Assembly (NCBI GenBank): GCA_019429005.1
Contig: JAHYJR010000001.1
Location: 136,663 to 200,662 of the forward strand
Direction of reading: 5' to 3'
Length of the DNA stretch: 64,000 nucleotides
From: Nanobdellati archaeon
GTDB taxonomy: Archaea > EX4484-52 > GLR71
The notes below the pieces were generated by a model. The model was not told where the DNA came from. It saw only the letters and a list, made by a program, of their open reading frames with translations, and did no database searches. How positions within the stretch are numbered: the stretch's first letter is position 1; every line of letters starts with the position of its first letter. Shown here piece after piece: positions 50,832 through 60,834 of this stretch. Position numbers and translations under genes: made by a program.

Positions 50832-51911
50832 GTGTCAAGATTGCCGAATAATCATATGAATCATAATAAACGTTTAAAAAATAAAAATTCTTTAAATACA
50901 CCTATTTTAAAAACTGAAAAAACACATAAAACAGACATGCAGGAAGAATTAAAACAGATGACTTCAGAATATGAAAATCTGGGACTTTCAAACAAACAAG
51001 TGTCTATCAAATCCGAAGAAGATATATTTATAAATTGTTTAGAGATAAGGTCAGTCACTCAATTGTTTTCAATTATTGGAATATATATAACTAAAAAATA
51101 TCCAAACCTGTTCAAAAATATTGATATTACCTTACAATCCTTAGACCAAGATACTTATTTTGAAGGTTATGTCGGAAAAATGTTAATATTACCTTTTATT
51201 TCATCTTTTATAGCTTTAATTTTTATTTTGTTTAATATTGTTTATGGTGTGTTTTATTTAGGATTTTTATCTTATGTATTATTACCCATAATTTTTATTA
51301 CGACTTTTTCATTTTTATATTATAATCCATTCAGGTTACGTGCAGCAAAAAGACTAAATATAAATTCAAATTTACCCTTTGCATTAAATCATCTTGCTGC
51401 AATTGCATCAAGTGGCGCACCGCCTGAAAAAGCATTTGAAATTTTATCAATATTTACCGAATTTGGTGCAATTTCTAAAGAATCGTCAAAAATTATTGAT
51501 AGAATACATTTTGGTGAAGATATAACAACTGCAATAAAACATGTTATGCGTATTACACCCTCTGAAAAATTTAAAGGCCTTCTTGCAGGGATACTGACTG
51601 TTATAGAAACTGGGGGGGATCTTGAGGAGTATCTTAAGCAGGCTGCAGAAACAGCTATGCATAATTATAAGTTAGCACAAAATCAATATACCGATTCCTT
51701 GTCAACGTATGCTGATATATATACAGCTATACTTATTGCAGCACCGCTTTTTATGGTATCTATACTAGCTGTCATGAATATTATACCAAGCACAAAACTT
51801 GTTGGTGGTATTTCGATACCCTTCGCACTAACAGTAGGTGTCTATATCGTGATGCCTGTTTTAAATATACTATTTATATTACTAATTGATATGATGCAAC
51901 CGGAGATTTGA
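50832..51911 (+). CDS. Type II secretion system F / TadB-TadC-like membrane platform protein
   Basis: NLPFALNHLAAIASSG; GEDITTA; TPSEKFK; ETGGDL; follows the ATPase gene. Confidence 0.88.
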   Translation: MSRLPNNHMNHNKRLKNKNSLNTPILKTEKTHKTDMQEELKQMTSEYENLGLSNKQVSIKSEEDIFINCLEIRSVTQLFSIIGIYITKKYPNLFKNIDITLQSLDQDTYFEGYVGKMLILPFISSFIALIFILFNIVYGVFYLGFLSYVLLPIIFITTFSFLYYNPFRLRAAKRLNINSNLPFALNHLAAIASSGAPPEKAFEILSIFTEFGAISKESSKIIDRIHFGEDITTAIKHVMRITPSEKFKGLLAGILTVIETGGDLEEYLKQAAETAMHNYKLAQNQYTDSLSTYADIYTAILIAAPLFMVSILAVMNIIPSTKLVGGISIPFALTVGVYIVMPVLNILFILLIDMMQPEI

Positions 51912-52783
51912 TTATGGGCAATTTTAACAATTTGTTCCGCTTTTATGAAGGAGAAGAAAAACAAGCAGTTATTCTTACCTTTGGTGTTGGTTTAATTATT
52001 TTTATTTTAAATCTATTTCTCTTTTATGGGAAAACTACTTTTGTGATTTATAATACTATCTTTGGTTTTGTTGCAGTTATTATTGCTCTAGGGCCCTTTG
52101 CTTATTTTCAATATAAGAGTTATAGGATTTCAAAAGAGATTGAATCAAATTTTTCATATTTTTTGATAGGTGTTTCAGAAGGTCTTGAAAGTAACATGTC
52201 TCTTCCAAATGCGTTAAAATACTCAGCTAAAAACGATTACGGTGTATTGGATCCTTATATAAATAAGATAATTTCGCAAATATCTTGGGGTGTGACCTTA
52301 GATAAGATTTTAATTGATTTTGCAGATCGTGTCAACAATCCAGTAATTAAACGTTCTGTTTCAACAATAATTGAAACGTATAATTCTGGAGGTAATCTTG
52401 CATCATCACTTTCAGCAGTTGCAAGTTATGTTACTGAAATTGAAAAAGTGCGTAATGAACGTTTGTCAAGACTTTCAAATAATATGCTTCAGAATTATGT
52501 GATTTATTTTGTATTTCTTGTAATCCTTGTGGGAATACAACAGATATTGCTTCCTATTTTCATGAAAAGTGGTTTTGGTGTAGTGTCATCAGCATCTTAT
52601 GGTATATCACTTTCACAGCTTTATTCAGTGCGGTTTAGAGATCTTGCAGTTATGCAGGGATTATTTTCAGGCCTTATAATTGGAAAATTATCATCGGGCA
52701 CACTTGCATCTGGTTTAAAACATTCAGCCATAATGGTATTTATTGGTTATGTTGTACTTACGATATCCTCCGCATTAATCTGA
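51908..52783 (+). CDS. Second T2SSF / TadC-like membrane protein
   Basis: IESNFSYFL; DYGVLD; ISWG; SGGNL; QGLFSGLIIGKLSSG-SGLKH. Confidence 0.88.
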   Translation: MIMGNFNNLFRFYEGEEKQAVILTFGVGLIIFILNLFLFYGKTTFVIYNTIFGFVAVIIALGPFAYFQYKSYRISKEIESNFSYFLIGVSEGLESNMSLPNALKYSAKNDYGVLDPYINKIISQISWGVTLDKILIDFADRVNNPVIKRSVSTIIETYNSGGNLASSLSAVASYVTEIEKVRNERLSRLSNNMLQNYVIYFVFLVILVGIQQILLPIFMKSGFGVVSSASYGISLSQLYSVRFRDLAVMQGLFSGLIIGKLSSGTLASGLKHSAIMVFIGYVVLTISSALI

Positions 52784-52802
52784 TTATGAATATATTTATA
52801 GT

Positions 52803-53029
52803 GTCTCTGTTAAGTATATGTATTAAGTGTATCTGTGATACAGATAGCATAATATCAGACGTAGAAAGTCTCTGTTAAGTATATGTATTAAGTGTATCTG
52901 TGATACAGATAGCATAATATCAGACGTAGAAAGTCTCTGTTAAGTATATGTATTAAGTGTATCTGTGATACAGATAGCATAATATCAGACGTAGAAAGTC
53001 TCTGTTAAGTATATGTATTAAGTGTATCT
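52803..53029. repeat. Perfect tandem repeat, 65-bp unit x 3.5
   Basis: Unit GTCTCTGTTAAGTATATGTATTAAGTGTATCTGTGATACAGATAGCATAATATCAGACGTAGAAA starts at 52803, 52868 and 52933; a 32-bp partial copy starts at 52998. Confidence 0.97.
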
Positions 53030-53090
53030 CTAATCAATAATTCAATCAATTAAAAAGAGTAAAATACTAAAATCTCAAAAGGTTAATTTT

Positions 53091-53591
53091 ATGGTTTACA
53101 GACGTAAAGGTGCATCAACAATTGTCGCAACAGTTATTCTTGTTGTTTTTGTGATGGGTCTTTCTGCAATGGTGCTTACTTGGATACAGGAATCTACTAA
53201 AGAATCTATGTTGCAAGCAGATGACCAACGTGCAGACATTCTTGATTGTTCTGGTGGTAATGTTAAAATTGATTCTGTGTATATTTCTAATAATAGTGGT
53301 GTTTATAATTCAACAATTGTTGTTATAATTGATAATAATGGACGTGCACCATTTAAACTTGAAGAAGTGACTTTATGGAATACGACTGGTAGTTATTGTA
53401 CACTAGATACATCTCAAACGAGTTTATCTTCTGGTGACACCATTTCATTATTAAATAATTCTTGTTCTGTATTGGATGCTATCAATTGTTCTGGTTTCTA
53501 TAAAATTAAAGTCACGACAAATTGTGTTGGTGTTTCAAGCGAATTAACAAATTTAAATGATGTTATTTGTAATGGTGTTGTATTAGGGTAG
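53091..53591 (+). CDS. Archaeal type IV pilin-like protein
   Basis: Class III signal RRKG/ASTIVATVILVV; 6 Cys; 5 sequons. Confidence 0.88.
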   Translation: MVYRRKGASTIVATVILVVFVMGLSAMVLTWIQESTKESMLQADDQRADILDCSGGNVKIDSVYISNNSGVYNSTIVVIIDNNGRAPFKLEEVTLWNTTGSYCTLDTSQTSLSSGDTISLLNNSCSVLDAINCSGFYKIKVTTNCVGVSSELTNLNDVICNGVVLG

Positions 53592-53600
53592 TGGTTTTTT

Positions 53601-54086
53601 ATGGTCTGTTCAAGAAAAGCGATATCACCACTAATTGCATCTGTATTTTTAGTTGTATTTACTATAGGTCTTTCTGCTATGCTTGTTGATTGGATGAATA
53701 CTTATAATCGGGAATTGACTCAAGATGTGCAGATTTCAAGTAAAAGTGTTATGGATTGTATAAAAGTGAATCTCAATATAGATAAGATTTATCTTAATGT
53801 GAGTAACAATGGTAACGATTCTATAAAAGCACTTATCATGAATAATGGTCCTAGTGTCAATATTGTTTCAGCTTATGCTTATAGTGTAGATGGTTCAAGA
53901 TGTGTGCTTTCAAATCCAATAAAAACAATTAATCAGGGTATGTCACAGTTTTTAATAAATGATACTGGTTGTGATATTTACAATAATAATGTATCTTGTT
54001 CAGACTTTTATTTTGTAAAACTCATGACTGATTGCGGTGCAACAGCTGTATTCGAAGCACCAAGAACACCTGATTGTGTAAATTGA
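53601..54086 (+). CDS. Archaeal type IV pilin-like protein (paralog of the 53091 gene)
   Basis: RKA/ISPLIASVFLV; same 6-Cys pattern; 4 sequons. Confidence 0.9.
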   Translation: MVCSRKAISPLIASVFLVVFTIGLSAMLVDWMNTYNRELTQDVQISSKSVMDCIKVNLNIDKIYLNVSNNGNDSIKALIMNNGPSVNIVSAYAYSVDGSRCVLSNPIKTINQGMSQFLINDTGCDIYNNNVSCSDFYFVKLMTDCGATAVFEAPRTPDCVN

Positions 54087-54258
54087 AATGCTTTGTATAA
54101 CACTGCTAAATAATATTTATTCAATTATGACCTTAACTAATGATTATAAAAATTAACTAACTATTATAAGTACCATTACCGAATAAACAGTAAATCATAT
54201 ATATCAAGCTCATACAAAATACTTAATACCTATTAGATATTTTTTTCAGGTTATCGTC

Positions 54259-54774
54259 GTGTCCCAGTTTCATAAATCATCAAGAAAAGGTCTTTCGCCA
54301 CTTGTAGCAGCAACACTCCTTATAGCTTTTACGTTATCTAGTGCAGCAATACTTACTGTGTGGGTTACAGATATTACAAATCAACAAAAAGCAGAATCAA
54401 CACGGTTTGAAGAAAAGATTGCATGTGCGGGATCAAATATCCAAGCAAATCTGGATTTTGCTAAATGGGATGCCGACAATACAACTTTTTCAATTTATAT
54501 TAGAAATAAAGGTGTTAATACTATTTTGATTGATGAATATTTAGTCTGGTATGAGTTCCGTTCAACCCCGGTTTATATTGATGCATCTGATCTGAAAATC
54601 GAAAAAGATAAGGCTATAATGTTAGACATTAATGTTTCAAAGGGTGTCTCTGATTTTGGTTATATAAATATTAGTGAAGCAGGAGAACCAATAAAAATTA
54701 AATATCTGACGACTTGTGATGGTGTTTTCTCTCAAGTTCAAAGACCCATGTTGGGTTGGAACACTGTTAGTTAA
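54259..54774 (+). CDS. Archaeal type IV pilin-like protein
   Basis: RKG/LSPLVAATLLIAFT. Confidence 0.88.
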   Translation: MSQFHKSSRKGLSPLVAATLLIAFTLSSAAILTVWVTDITNQQKAESTRFEEKIACAGSNIQANLDFAKWDADNTTFSIYIRNKGVNTILIDEYLVWYEFRSTPVYIDASDLKIEKDKAIMLDINVSKGVSDFGYINISEAGEPIKIKYLTTCDGVFSQVQRPMLGWNTVS

Positions 54775-54817
54775 AACTTAATATGACTCAATTATTTATA
54801 TTCTTAAGACCTAAAGT

Positions 54818-55261
54818 ATGTTTATGTCTGGAATTCAAAAAAGGAAAGCCATATCTCCATTTATTGCGGCTGTATTTCTTATTGCAACAACTATATTTAT
54901 AGGTGGGTTTACGGCAACGTGGATTAAAGACTTTTCAAAAACACAAACAGAAACCGTTCTTAGTAACACAAATACGGAATGTAATTATGTATATCTTAAC
55001 CCTATAAATCCTAGTTTACTGAATGGTACCTTTTCACTTATAGTTCAAAATACTGGAACTGGTTCAACAACCTTAAGTGATATTCAGATAATCTATGATA
55101 ATAATACACAACTTCAAAAATCGTTATCCTCTATTGAATTACGAGGTTTAGAAATGGCACCAATATCAATTTATAACGTTAGCAGTAACATCTATATGAT
55201 AAATATAATATCTGATTGTAAAACTCTAAGTATTTATTCTTATGATATCTCGTTCATATGA
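54818..55261 (+). CDS. Archaeal type IV pilin-like protein
   Basis: RKA/ISPFIAAVFLIA. Confidence 0.88.
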   Translation: MFMSGIQKRKAISPFIAAVFLIATTIFIGGFTATWIKDFSKTQTETVLSNTNTECNYVYLNPINPSLLNGTFSLIVQNTGTGSTTLSDIQIIYDNNTQLQKSLSSIELRGLEMAPISIYNVSSNIYMINIISDCKTLSIYSYDISFI

Positions 55262-55326
55262 TATTTCCGTCATATGATTTTTAGTTTCTTATGTAATTAT
55301 TTAAGCAATATTGTATAACTATATTT

Positions 55327-55728
55327 ATGCAATCTTATCCGGTGCGTAGTCGTAAAGCTTTTGTAAAAATATTAGAAGTATCAATTGCATCTTTTATCTT
55401 ATTTATATTTATTGCTCTTTTTTCGGTTGTGGATGATATGGCCTATGATTTGATTGATCTTGAAATGACTGTGTACGAATCTTTTGAATACTTATACTTA
55501 TCTGGAACTCTCGGCCAATTCGCAGTATCTAGCAATCTTACAGGTTTTAACGACTCGTTTAGAGCTGTTGTATCTCCGATATATAACTTTGATGTTGGAC
55601 TAAAAAATAGCACAGCCTATATTGTACCACAATTACCAGATAAGTCAGATATCTATGTGTACCAATATCTTGTTTCAGGGTCCGATACAACATTTTCTCC
55701 GACTGTATTTAGTCTATATGTATGGTGA
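55327..55728 (+). CDS. Minor pilin-like protein
   Basis: RKA/FVKILEVSIASFILF class III-like signal. Confidence 0.75.
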   Translation: MQSYPVRSRKAFVKILEVSIASFILFIFIALFSVVDDMAYDLIDLEMTVYESFEYLYLSGTLGQFAVSSNLTGFNDSFRAVVSPIYNFDVGLKNSTAYIVPQLPDKSDIYVYQYLVSGSDTTFSPTVFSLYVW

Positions 55729-55732
55729 TGTT

Positions 55733-56314
55733 ATGGGTAAAAAGGGTCAATATTATATAGTTGGAGCAGCAATCCTAGTGTTTGTATTAGCATCTTTAAT
55801 AGCTTCAAAAGGTTATGACGCACAGTCTCTTGCAAGTGACACCAATCAATATGTTTTTGACAACCTATATATAGATCTAGCACACCTATCTAATGTGATT
55901 ATCGCTGAAAATAGAACAACGGAATCTATGGAACACTCTCTTGGGTCTTATTTTAATCTCACAAAAGATTTTGTAAAAAATAAGAATCTGTTTATTGAAG
56001 GTTATATGTTTGTAGGAGTTCCTTATGAAAATAGTTTAAATGTAACTATTGTTAATTTGTATAATGCTTCTTTTTCTGATATGAATTTGAATATTTCTTC
56101 AATATCTAGTTTAACAACAATTCCTGCAGAATCTATAAAAACAGTTTCATTTGTTGATGTATTTAATACAACATCAGAAATTGAAGTATCTTATCGTATT
56201 GTTGAACTTGATGAGGGTTTAAGTTTTAATGTAACACAAAAAACGTTTTCAGTATTCCGTTTGACACTTATTGGTCCTGGAACAAAGATAACTTCCCTTG
56301 AAAAACGTCTATAA
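55733..56314 (+). CDS. Minor pilin-like protein
   Basis: MGKKG/QYYIVGAAILVFV. ATG 55733 follows a GGTGAT SD; the track start at 55622 overlaps the previous gene. Confidence 0.78.
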   Translation: MGKKGQYYIVGAAILVFVLASLIASKGYDAQSLASDTNQYVFDNLYIDLAHLSNVIIAENRTTESMEHSLGSYFNLTKDFVKNKNLFIEGYMFVGVPYENSLNVTIVNLYNASFSDMNLNISSISSLTTIPAESIKTVSFVDVFNTTSEIEVSYRIVELDEGLSFNVTQKTFSVFRLTLIGPGTKITSLEKRL

Positions 56315-56363
56315 TCAGAGAGTTTATGTTAAAAATCTTAACTTTAATATATTGCCTTGAATA

Positions 56364-57521
56364 ATGTTATATATGCGAAAAGCAATATCACCTTTAATTT
56401 CTGGAGTGTTGTATACTGGAATATTAATAATGGCAATATCTTTTGTTTTATCTATGGTAGTTCCAGCTATTGATAATCTCGCAGATACTCTTAAAGTTGA
56501 TACTTCAAAAGACATGATGTACTCAATAGATCTTTATGTGAATAAGGTTGCGTCATCAGGTAAAGGCTCAAAAAGGACAATCCCTATTAGTTTTGAAATA
56601 GGAACCTTAAATGTTGATACTGAAAAAAACAGGATTTTATTTTTAGCCGATGTAGATACGAGGGATATTGCACCTAGAACCTCTTTATATCAAGGGAATG
56701 TTAAGATTAGTTCAAATGCAAACACAAATTTAAGTTATTTTAATAATTCCTATGTTCTTGAAAACGAGCATCTTAAGGTCACACTTTTTGGGAATGGCAC
56801 TATTTTACAACCTCAATATATAGATTTTAATAACATTATAGAATCAATCTATATGAAGGAAGTTGAAGAAAATCTAACAGGTATTGGATTAAATGTTGAT
56901 GGCCTTAATGATGCGTATTGTTGGTCTGAAGCTGTAACTGGAATAAATTTAGGTCGTGCTCGTGTAATCCAGCATTGTAATTCGTCAAATCTCTTATTTG
57001 ATGTATATATAGTTCTTGAATCTAGTGCAGATTATTTATCAGTCTCTATAAAAAATCCAAGCACAGAATATACTAATGTTTCATTGGTTATTGATTCTAC
57101 ACATATAAGTTCGTCTGTTTTAGATTCTGGAAAAATATTTATCACCTCTGAAAAATCAGATTATGTTATCGCACTTGTATCTGATTCTTATGCTGTTACT
57201 TCAAGCACTGCGTCCTCAATATCAATGACACAGGAATTTGATAGCAATGAGTTTTATGTTGTGTTCACTCAAGGTAGCAATCAAATAGTGCGGTCTAGAT
57301 TGGATTTAGTTGCATCTGGGAAATTTGATTTGTATTATGATCCTAGTTTTGCTTTTAAGATGTCTGATAAAAATCATATTGAATTTTCTTTAGATTATAC
57401 TAATGATAATATTAATCTTAGCGGAACTTCACTACTTCTTAGGCCTGGAAATTATATGTTATCTATTGAAAATAATGGTAGTTTGGGTAATTATATTACT
57501 ATTCTATTAAAAACGGTTTAG
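56364..57521 (+). CDS. Large pilin-like/adhesin protein
   Basis: MRKA/ISPLISGVLYTGILI; GKGSKRTI motif; long beta-rich C-terminus. Confidence 0.8.
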   Translation: MLYMRKAISPLISGVLYTGILIMAISFVLSMVVPAIDNLADTLKVDTSKDMMYSIDLYVNKVASSGKGSKRTIPISFEIGTLNVDTEKNRILFLADVDTRDIAPRTSLYQGNVKISSNANTNLSYFNNSYVLENEHLKVTLFGNGTILQPQYIDFNNIIESIYMKEVEENLTGIGLNVDGLNDAYCWSEAVTGINLGRARVIQHCNSSNLLFDVYIVLESSADYLSVSIKNPSTEYTNVSLVIDSTHISSSVLDSGKIFITSEKSDYVIALVSDSYAVTSSTASSISMTQEFDSNEFYVVFTQGSNQIVRSRLDLVASGKFDLYYDPSFAFKMSDKNHIEFSLDYTNDNINLSGTSLLLRPGNYMLSIENNGSLGNYITILLKTV

Positions 57522-57528
57522 TGATTTT

Positions 57529-58638
57529 ATGGGACGATACGGTACTACATCAATTGATAATGTGATTAGTTTTGTGCTTTTCTTGGGTATTGTAACAATT
57601 ATAATGTTTTATGCAGTTGAGTTATCCGATTCAAATCATATTGGTCTTTCAGATGATTACGTTTCTCTATGGGGTCGTTATATGGAACCACAAGATTCTT
57701 TTAATCTGTATATTGTACCTGTGTATGTAACATCAATTAAAACAATAGCTAATTACGCCATAAATATTACTAGTAATTATAATACTGATTTTAATCCAGA
57801 TTCAATAACTGTTTTTGATTCAAATTGGGTTGAAGTGCCAAGCATTTATAATACGTCTTTATTTTTTTCAAGTAATTTAACGAGTGGTAATAACCTATTT
57901 TATATTGGTTATTCAACTGATTTTAGATTCACTGAACTATCAATGTTGACAGATATAACTTTTTCCGAAAGTTGGATTAACAATTCTAAAATCAGTCTTA
58001 ATTTTACTCAAAGTGGTATGTCTAGTATGATTTTTAATGGTAGCGAATTTTTAACAACTGGCATTTATTTTGACAATACTTCTTCATTTTATATGGAAAA
58101 TCTTTCAGTATTACATTCTGTATTTTTTGAAAATTTGACTGTACGTATGTATCCTAACACGTCAAGAATATTTGTAGAAACGAACATCCCTAAAACAATT
58201 ATTTTTAATATAACGGATGTGTTCGACAGGTTTTATAATGGTTCAGTGAATCAATTTAATGAATCATTATATGAATTATTTACTTTCAATACAGGGTTCC
58301 TTGATATGTATTCGACAACAAATTCAAACGGAATTGCTTTAATGGGGGATAATATGTCTATAATTATAGAAAATCATATATCTCCTGCACAAAAGACTAT
58401 TTATTTATCAGGAGTATCTTTTTTTGAAGTCTATTTACACAATTCAGATTATCTGCAAGCACTTGACGAACTTGATATATTTTTCACACCGCCAACTATT
58501 ATGCTTGGTTCTACTGAACTATTAAAAGATATAACGAACAATTTATTCATAGATTATAGATATAATGATACTAACAATAATACTCTTTTTGGTATACCTA
58601 AGATTGATTCATTTATGGCACGAATAGATCTTGAGTAA
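57529..58638 (+). CDS. Large minor pilin-like surface protein, very sequon-rich
   Basis: MGRYG/TTSIDNVISFVLFLGIV; 16 N-x-S/T sequons by manual count. Confidence 0.7.
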   Translation: MGRYGTTSIDNVISFVLFLGIVTIIMFYAVELSDSNHIGLSDDYVSLWGRYMEPQDSFNLYIVPVYVTSIKTIANYAINITSNYNTDFNPDSITVFDSNWVEVPSIYNTSLFFSSNLTSGNNLFYIGYSTDFRFTELSMLTDITFSESWINNSKISLNFTQSGMSSMIFNGSEFLTTGIYFDNTSSFYMENLSVLHSVFFENLTVRMYPNTSRIFVETNIPKTIIFNITDVFDRFYNGSVNQFNESLYELFTFNTGFLDMYSTTNSNGIALMGDNMSIIIENHISPAQKTIYLSGVSFFEVYLHNSDYLQALDELDIFFTPPTIMLGSTELLKDITNNLFIDYRYNDTNNNTLFGIPKIDSFMARIDLE

Positions 58639-58843
58639 TTGTGTGTTATAGATTACATTTTGCATTTTGATTTAGGATTTATAATTCTGTGTATGTTATG
58701 TACAAACGAATATTTCAATTATTTCTAAGTTATATTAATTCTTAAAAATAAAATTAACAGTTAGATTAATACTTAAATTAATAATTTATCGTTAAATTAA
58801 TAGTAACTATTTAACATTTTAATGTGAATATAGGTATTATACG

Positions 58844-60181
58844 ATGTGTGTGATTATTATGTCTTCTCAACAATTAAAAAAAATTCTTGATGATTTGAAA
58901 ATAGTTATCGGTTCAAAAATCGTTGTTAAAACAAAAGATACTATTTATGAAGGTATTCTTATGCCTCGTTCTGAGCTTTCAGATCAAAACACAATTGTTA
59001 TGAAACTTGATAATGGATATAATGTAGGGATTCTGTATACTAAAGATGTTTCAATACAAGCCTCTAAAACCAAAGCTATTGTGAGAACTTTAGGTAAACA
59101 GAAACAAGTAAATCAGAAATTCGATCCCAAAAAACCAAAGATTTCTCTTGTATCAACAGGGGGCACAATATCTGCGCGTGTTGATTATAAGACGGGTGGT
59201 GTTTATTTCCTGATGGACCCTGAAGAAATTCTTTCAGGTGTACCCGAACTTAAAGATATAATTAATCTTGACAGTATAAAAAGTCCTTTTAAGGTAGGTA
59301 GTGAAGATATGTCACCAAAGGATTATATAGTTCTTGCAAAAACCATAGCAAAAGAGCTAAATTCTGGTGCAGATGGTGTTATTGTAACACATGGTACTGA
59401 TACACTTCATTATACGAGTGCTGCATTATCTTTTATGCTTAGGGATCTTTCAAAACCCGTCGCTCTTGTTGGTGCTCAAAAATCCTCAGATCGAAGTAGT
59501 TTTGATGGTGCAATTAATCTAATCTGTGCTGCACGGTATGTTGCAAGTGATATGGCTGGTGTTGCTGTTGTTATGCATGGTAGTCTTAATGATGATTATT
59601 GTCTTGTAACGCCCGGTACTAAAGTTCGTAAGATGCATACTTCAAGACGTGATGCATTTAGGCCTATAAATGCATTGCCTATTGCAAAAATTTGGCATGA
59701 TGGTAAATGTGAGATAATTGATAAGGCTTATAAGAAAAAGTCAGATTCAAAAGTTACGCTTGATGCAAAGTTTGAGGATAAAGTTGCGATTGTGCATACC
59801 TATCCTGGTGCGAAAACGGACATTTTAGATTTTTATGTTGCTAATAGGTATAAAGGTATTGTGATTGGTGCAACTGCTTTAGGTCATGTGCCTTCATCAT
59901 GGCTATCTTCATTAAAAAAAATGATTGATGCTGGTATTTCTGTTGTTATTGCGTCTCAGACTTTATATGGTAGTACACATCCTCATGTATATAGACAGCT
60001 TATTGAATTGGATAATATTGGTGTTATTTTTGTTAAGGATATGCTTCCAGAAGTTGCTTATATAAAATTAGGATGGGTTCTTGCACATGTTACAAAATCT
60101 GATGATGTTAAAAAGATGATGCTTGAAAATTATGCAGGTGAATTTACAACGTGTTTAACGCTTAATATGTTCCTTTATTAA
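58844..60181 (+). CDS. gatD: Glutamyl-tRNA(Gln) amidotransferase subunit D
   Basis: N-terminal YEGILMPR/KLDNGYN domain; TGGTISARVDYKTG; HGTDT; RKMHTSRRDAF; MLPEVAYIKL. Confidence 0.96.
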   Translation: MCVIIMSSQQLKKILDDLKIVIGSKIVVKTKDTIYEGILMPRSELSDQNTIVMKLDNGYNVGILYTKDVSIQASKTKAIVRTLGKQKQVNQKFDPKKPKISLVSTGGTISARVDYKTGGVYFLMDPEEILSGVPELKDIINLDSIKSPFKVGSEDMSPKDYIVLAKTIAKELNSGADGVIVTHGTDTLHYTSAALSFMLRDLSKPVALVGAQKSSDRSSFDGAINLICAARYVASDMAGVAVVMHGSLNDDYCLVTPGTKVRKMHTSRRDAFRPINALPIAKIWHDGKCEIIDKAYKKKSDSKVTLDAKFEDKVAIVHTYPGAKTDILDFYVANRYKGIVIGATALGHVPSSWLSSLKKMIDAGISVVIASQTLYGSTHPHVYRQLIELDNIGVIFVKDMLPEVAYIKLGWVLAHVTKSDDVKKMMLENYAGEFTTCLTLNMFLY

Positions 60182-60204
60182 GATTTATGTTAATATTATA
60201 ACAA

Positions 60205-60220
60205 TGTGTCATATGACACA
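60205..60220. promoter_or_regulatory. Perfect 16-bp palindrome TGTGTCATATGACACA immediately upstream of the SD of the HD-like gene
   Basis: Read directly; followed by AAGGTGAT and ATG 60232. Confidence 0.45.
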
Positions 60221-60231
60221 AAGGTGATTAT

Positions 60232-60819
60232 ATGATTGATAATGCAATAGAAAATACGCAAATATTTGTGTCTAAAAAGATGGGTCAAGACCCACTTTTT
60301 GGGTATCTTCATGCTGAGCGGGTTCGTATGAATGCACTTAAGCTTGCTGAAACGTTAGGTGGTAATAAACAAATTGTTCAGATTGCAGCACTTTTTGATG
60401 ATATATCTTTTAATAAAAATAATGTTGAGACTCATGCTATTGAAAGTGCCAATATCGCTAAGACATTTCTTGAACACGAACTTAAATTTCCAACCGTTAA
60501 AATTAATGCAATCTTGAATATAATAAAAAAACATGAGCGACGTGTGTGGTCTGAGGATTTTAAACCTGAAACTCTTGAAGAAAAAATTGTATTTGATGCT
60601 GAAGTGATGGAACGTGTGTCTGCACTTGGTTTTGTCAAATTTATACATACTGCTGGTACTCTTAATTTTAATAGTCGGGAATTGATAAATCTGCTTAATG
60701 ATTTTATTGAAAATAATTATTCAGCTATATTTTTTGACGAGACTAAGAAACATCTTGAATGGGATTATAGGCTTGTTGGTACAATGCTTAAGAATATTAA
60801 GACTGAATGTGAATTTTAA
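60232..60819 (+). CDS. HD-domain-like protein with degenerate HD motif
   Basis: HAERV...AALFDDIS...HAIESA...H...LEEKIVFDAE pattern; the HD dyad is replaced by DD. Confidence 0.75.
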   Translation: MIDNAIENTQIFVSKKMGQDPLFGYLHAERVRMNALKLAETLGGNKQIVQIAALFDDISFNKNNVETHAIESANIAKTFLEHELKFPTVKINAILNIIKKHERRVWSEDFKPETLEEKIVFDAEVMERVSALGFVKFIHTAGTLNFNSRELINLLNDFIENNYSAIFFDETKKHLEWDYRLVGTMLKNIKTECEF

Positions 60820-60834
60820 GTTATTGGTGTATAT

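Noticed and set aside
52786-52878. 30-aa ORF running into the tandem repeat
   Set aside because: The 65-bp unit breaks frame and the peptide has no recognisable features
52803-53029. CRISPR array
   Set aside because: Units are fully identical with no variable spacers, and there are no cas genes in the window
48890-58638. Archaellum operon
   Set aside because: No ArlF/G/H or archaellin-like sequences; two separate TadB/C-type genes fit a pilus system
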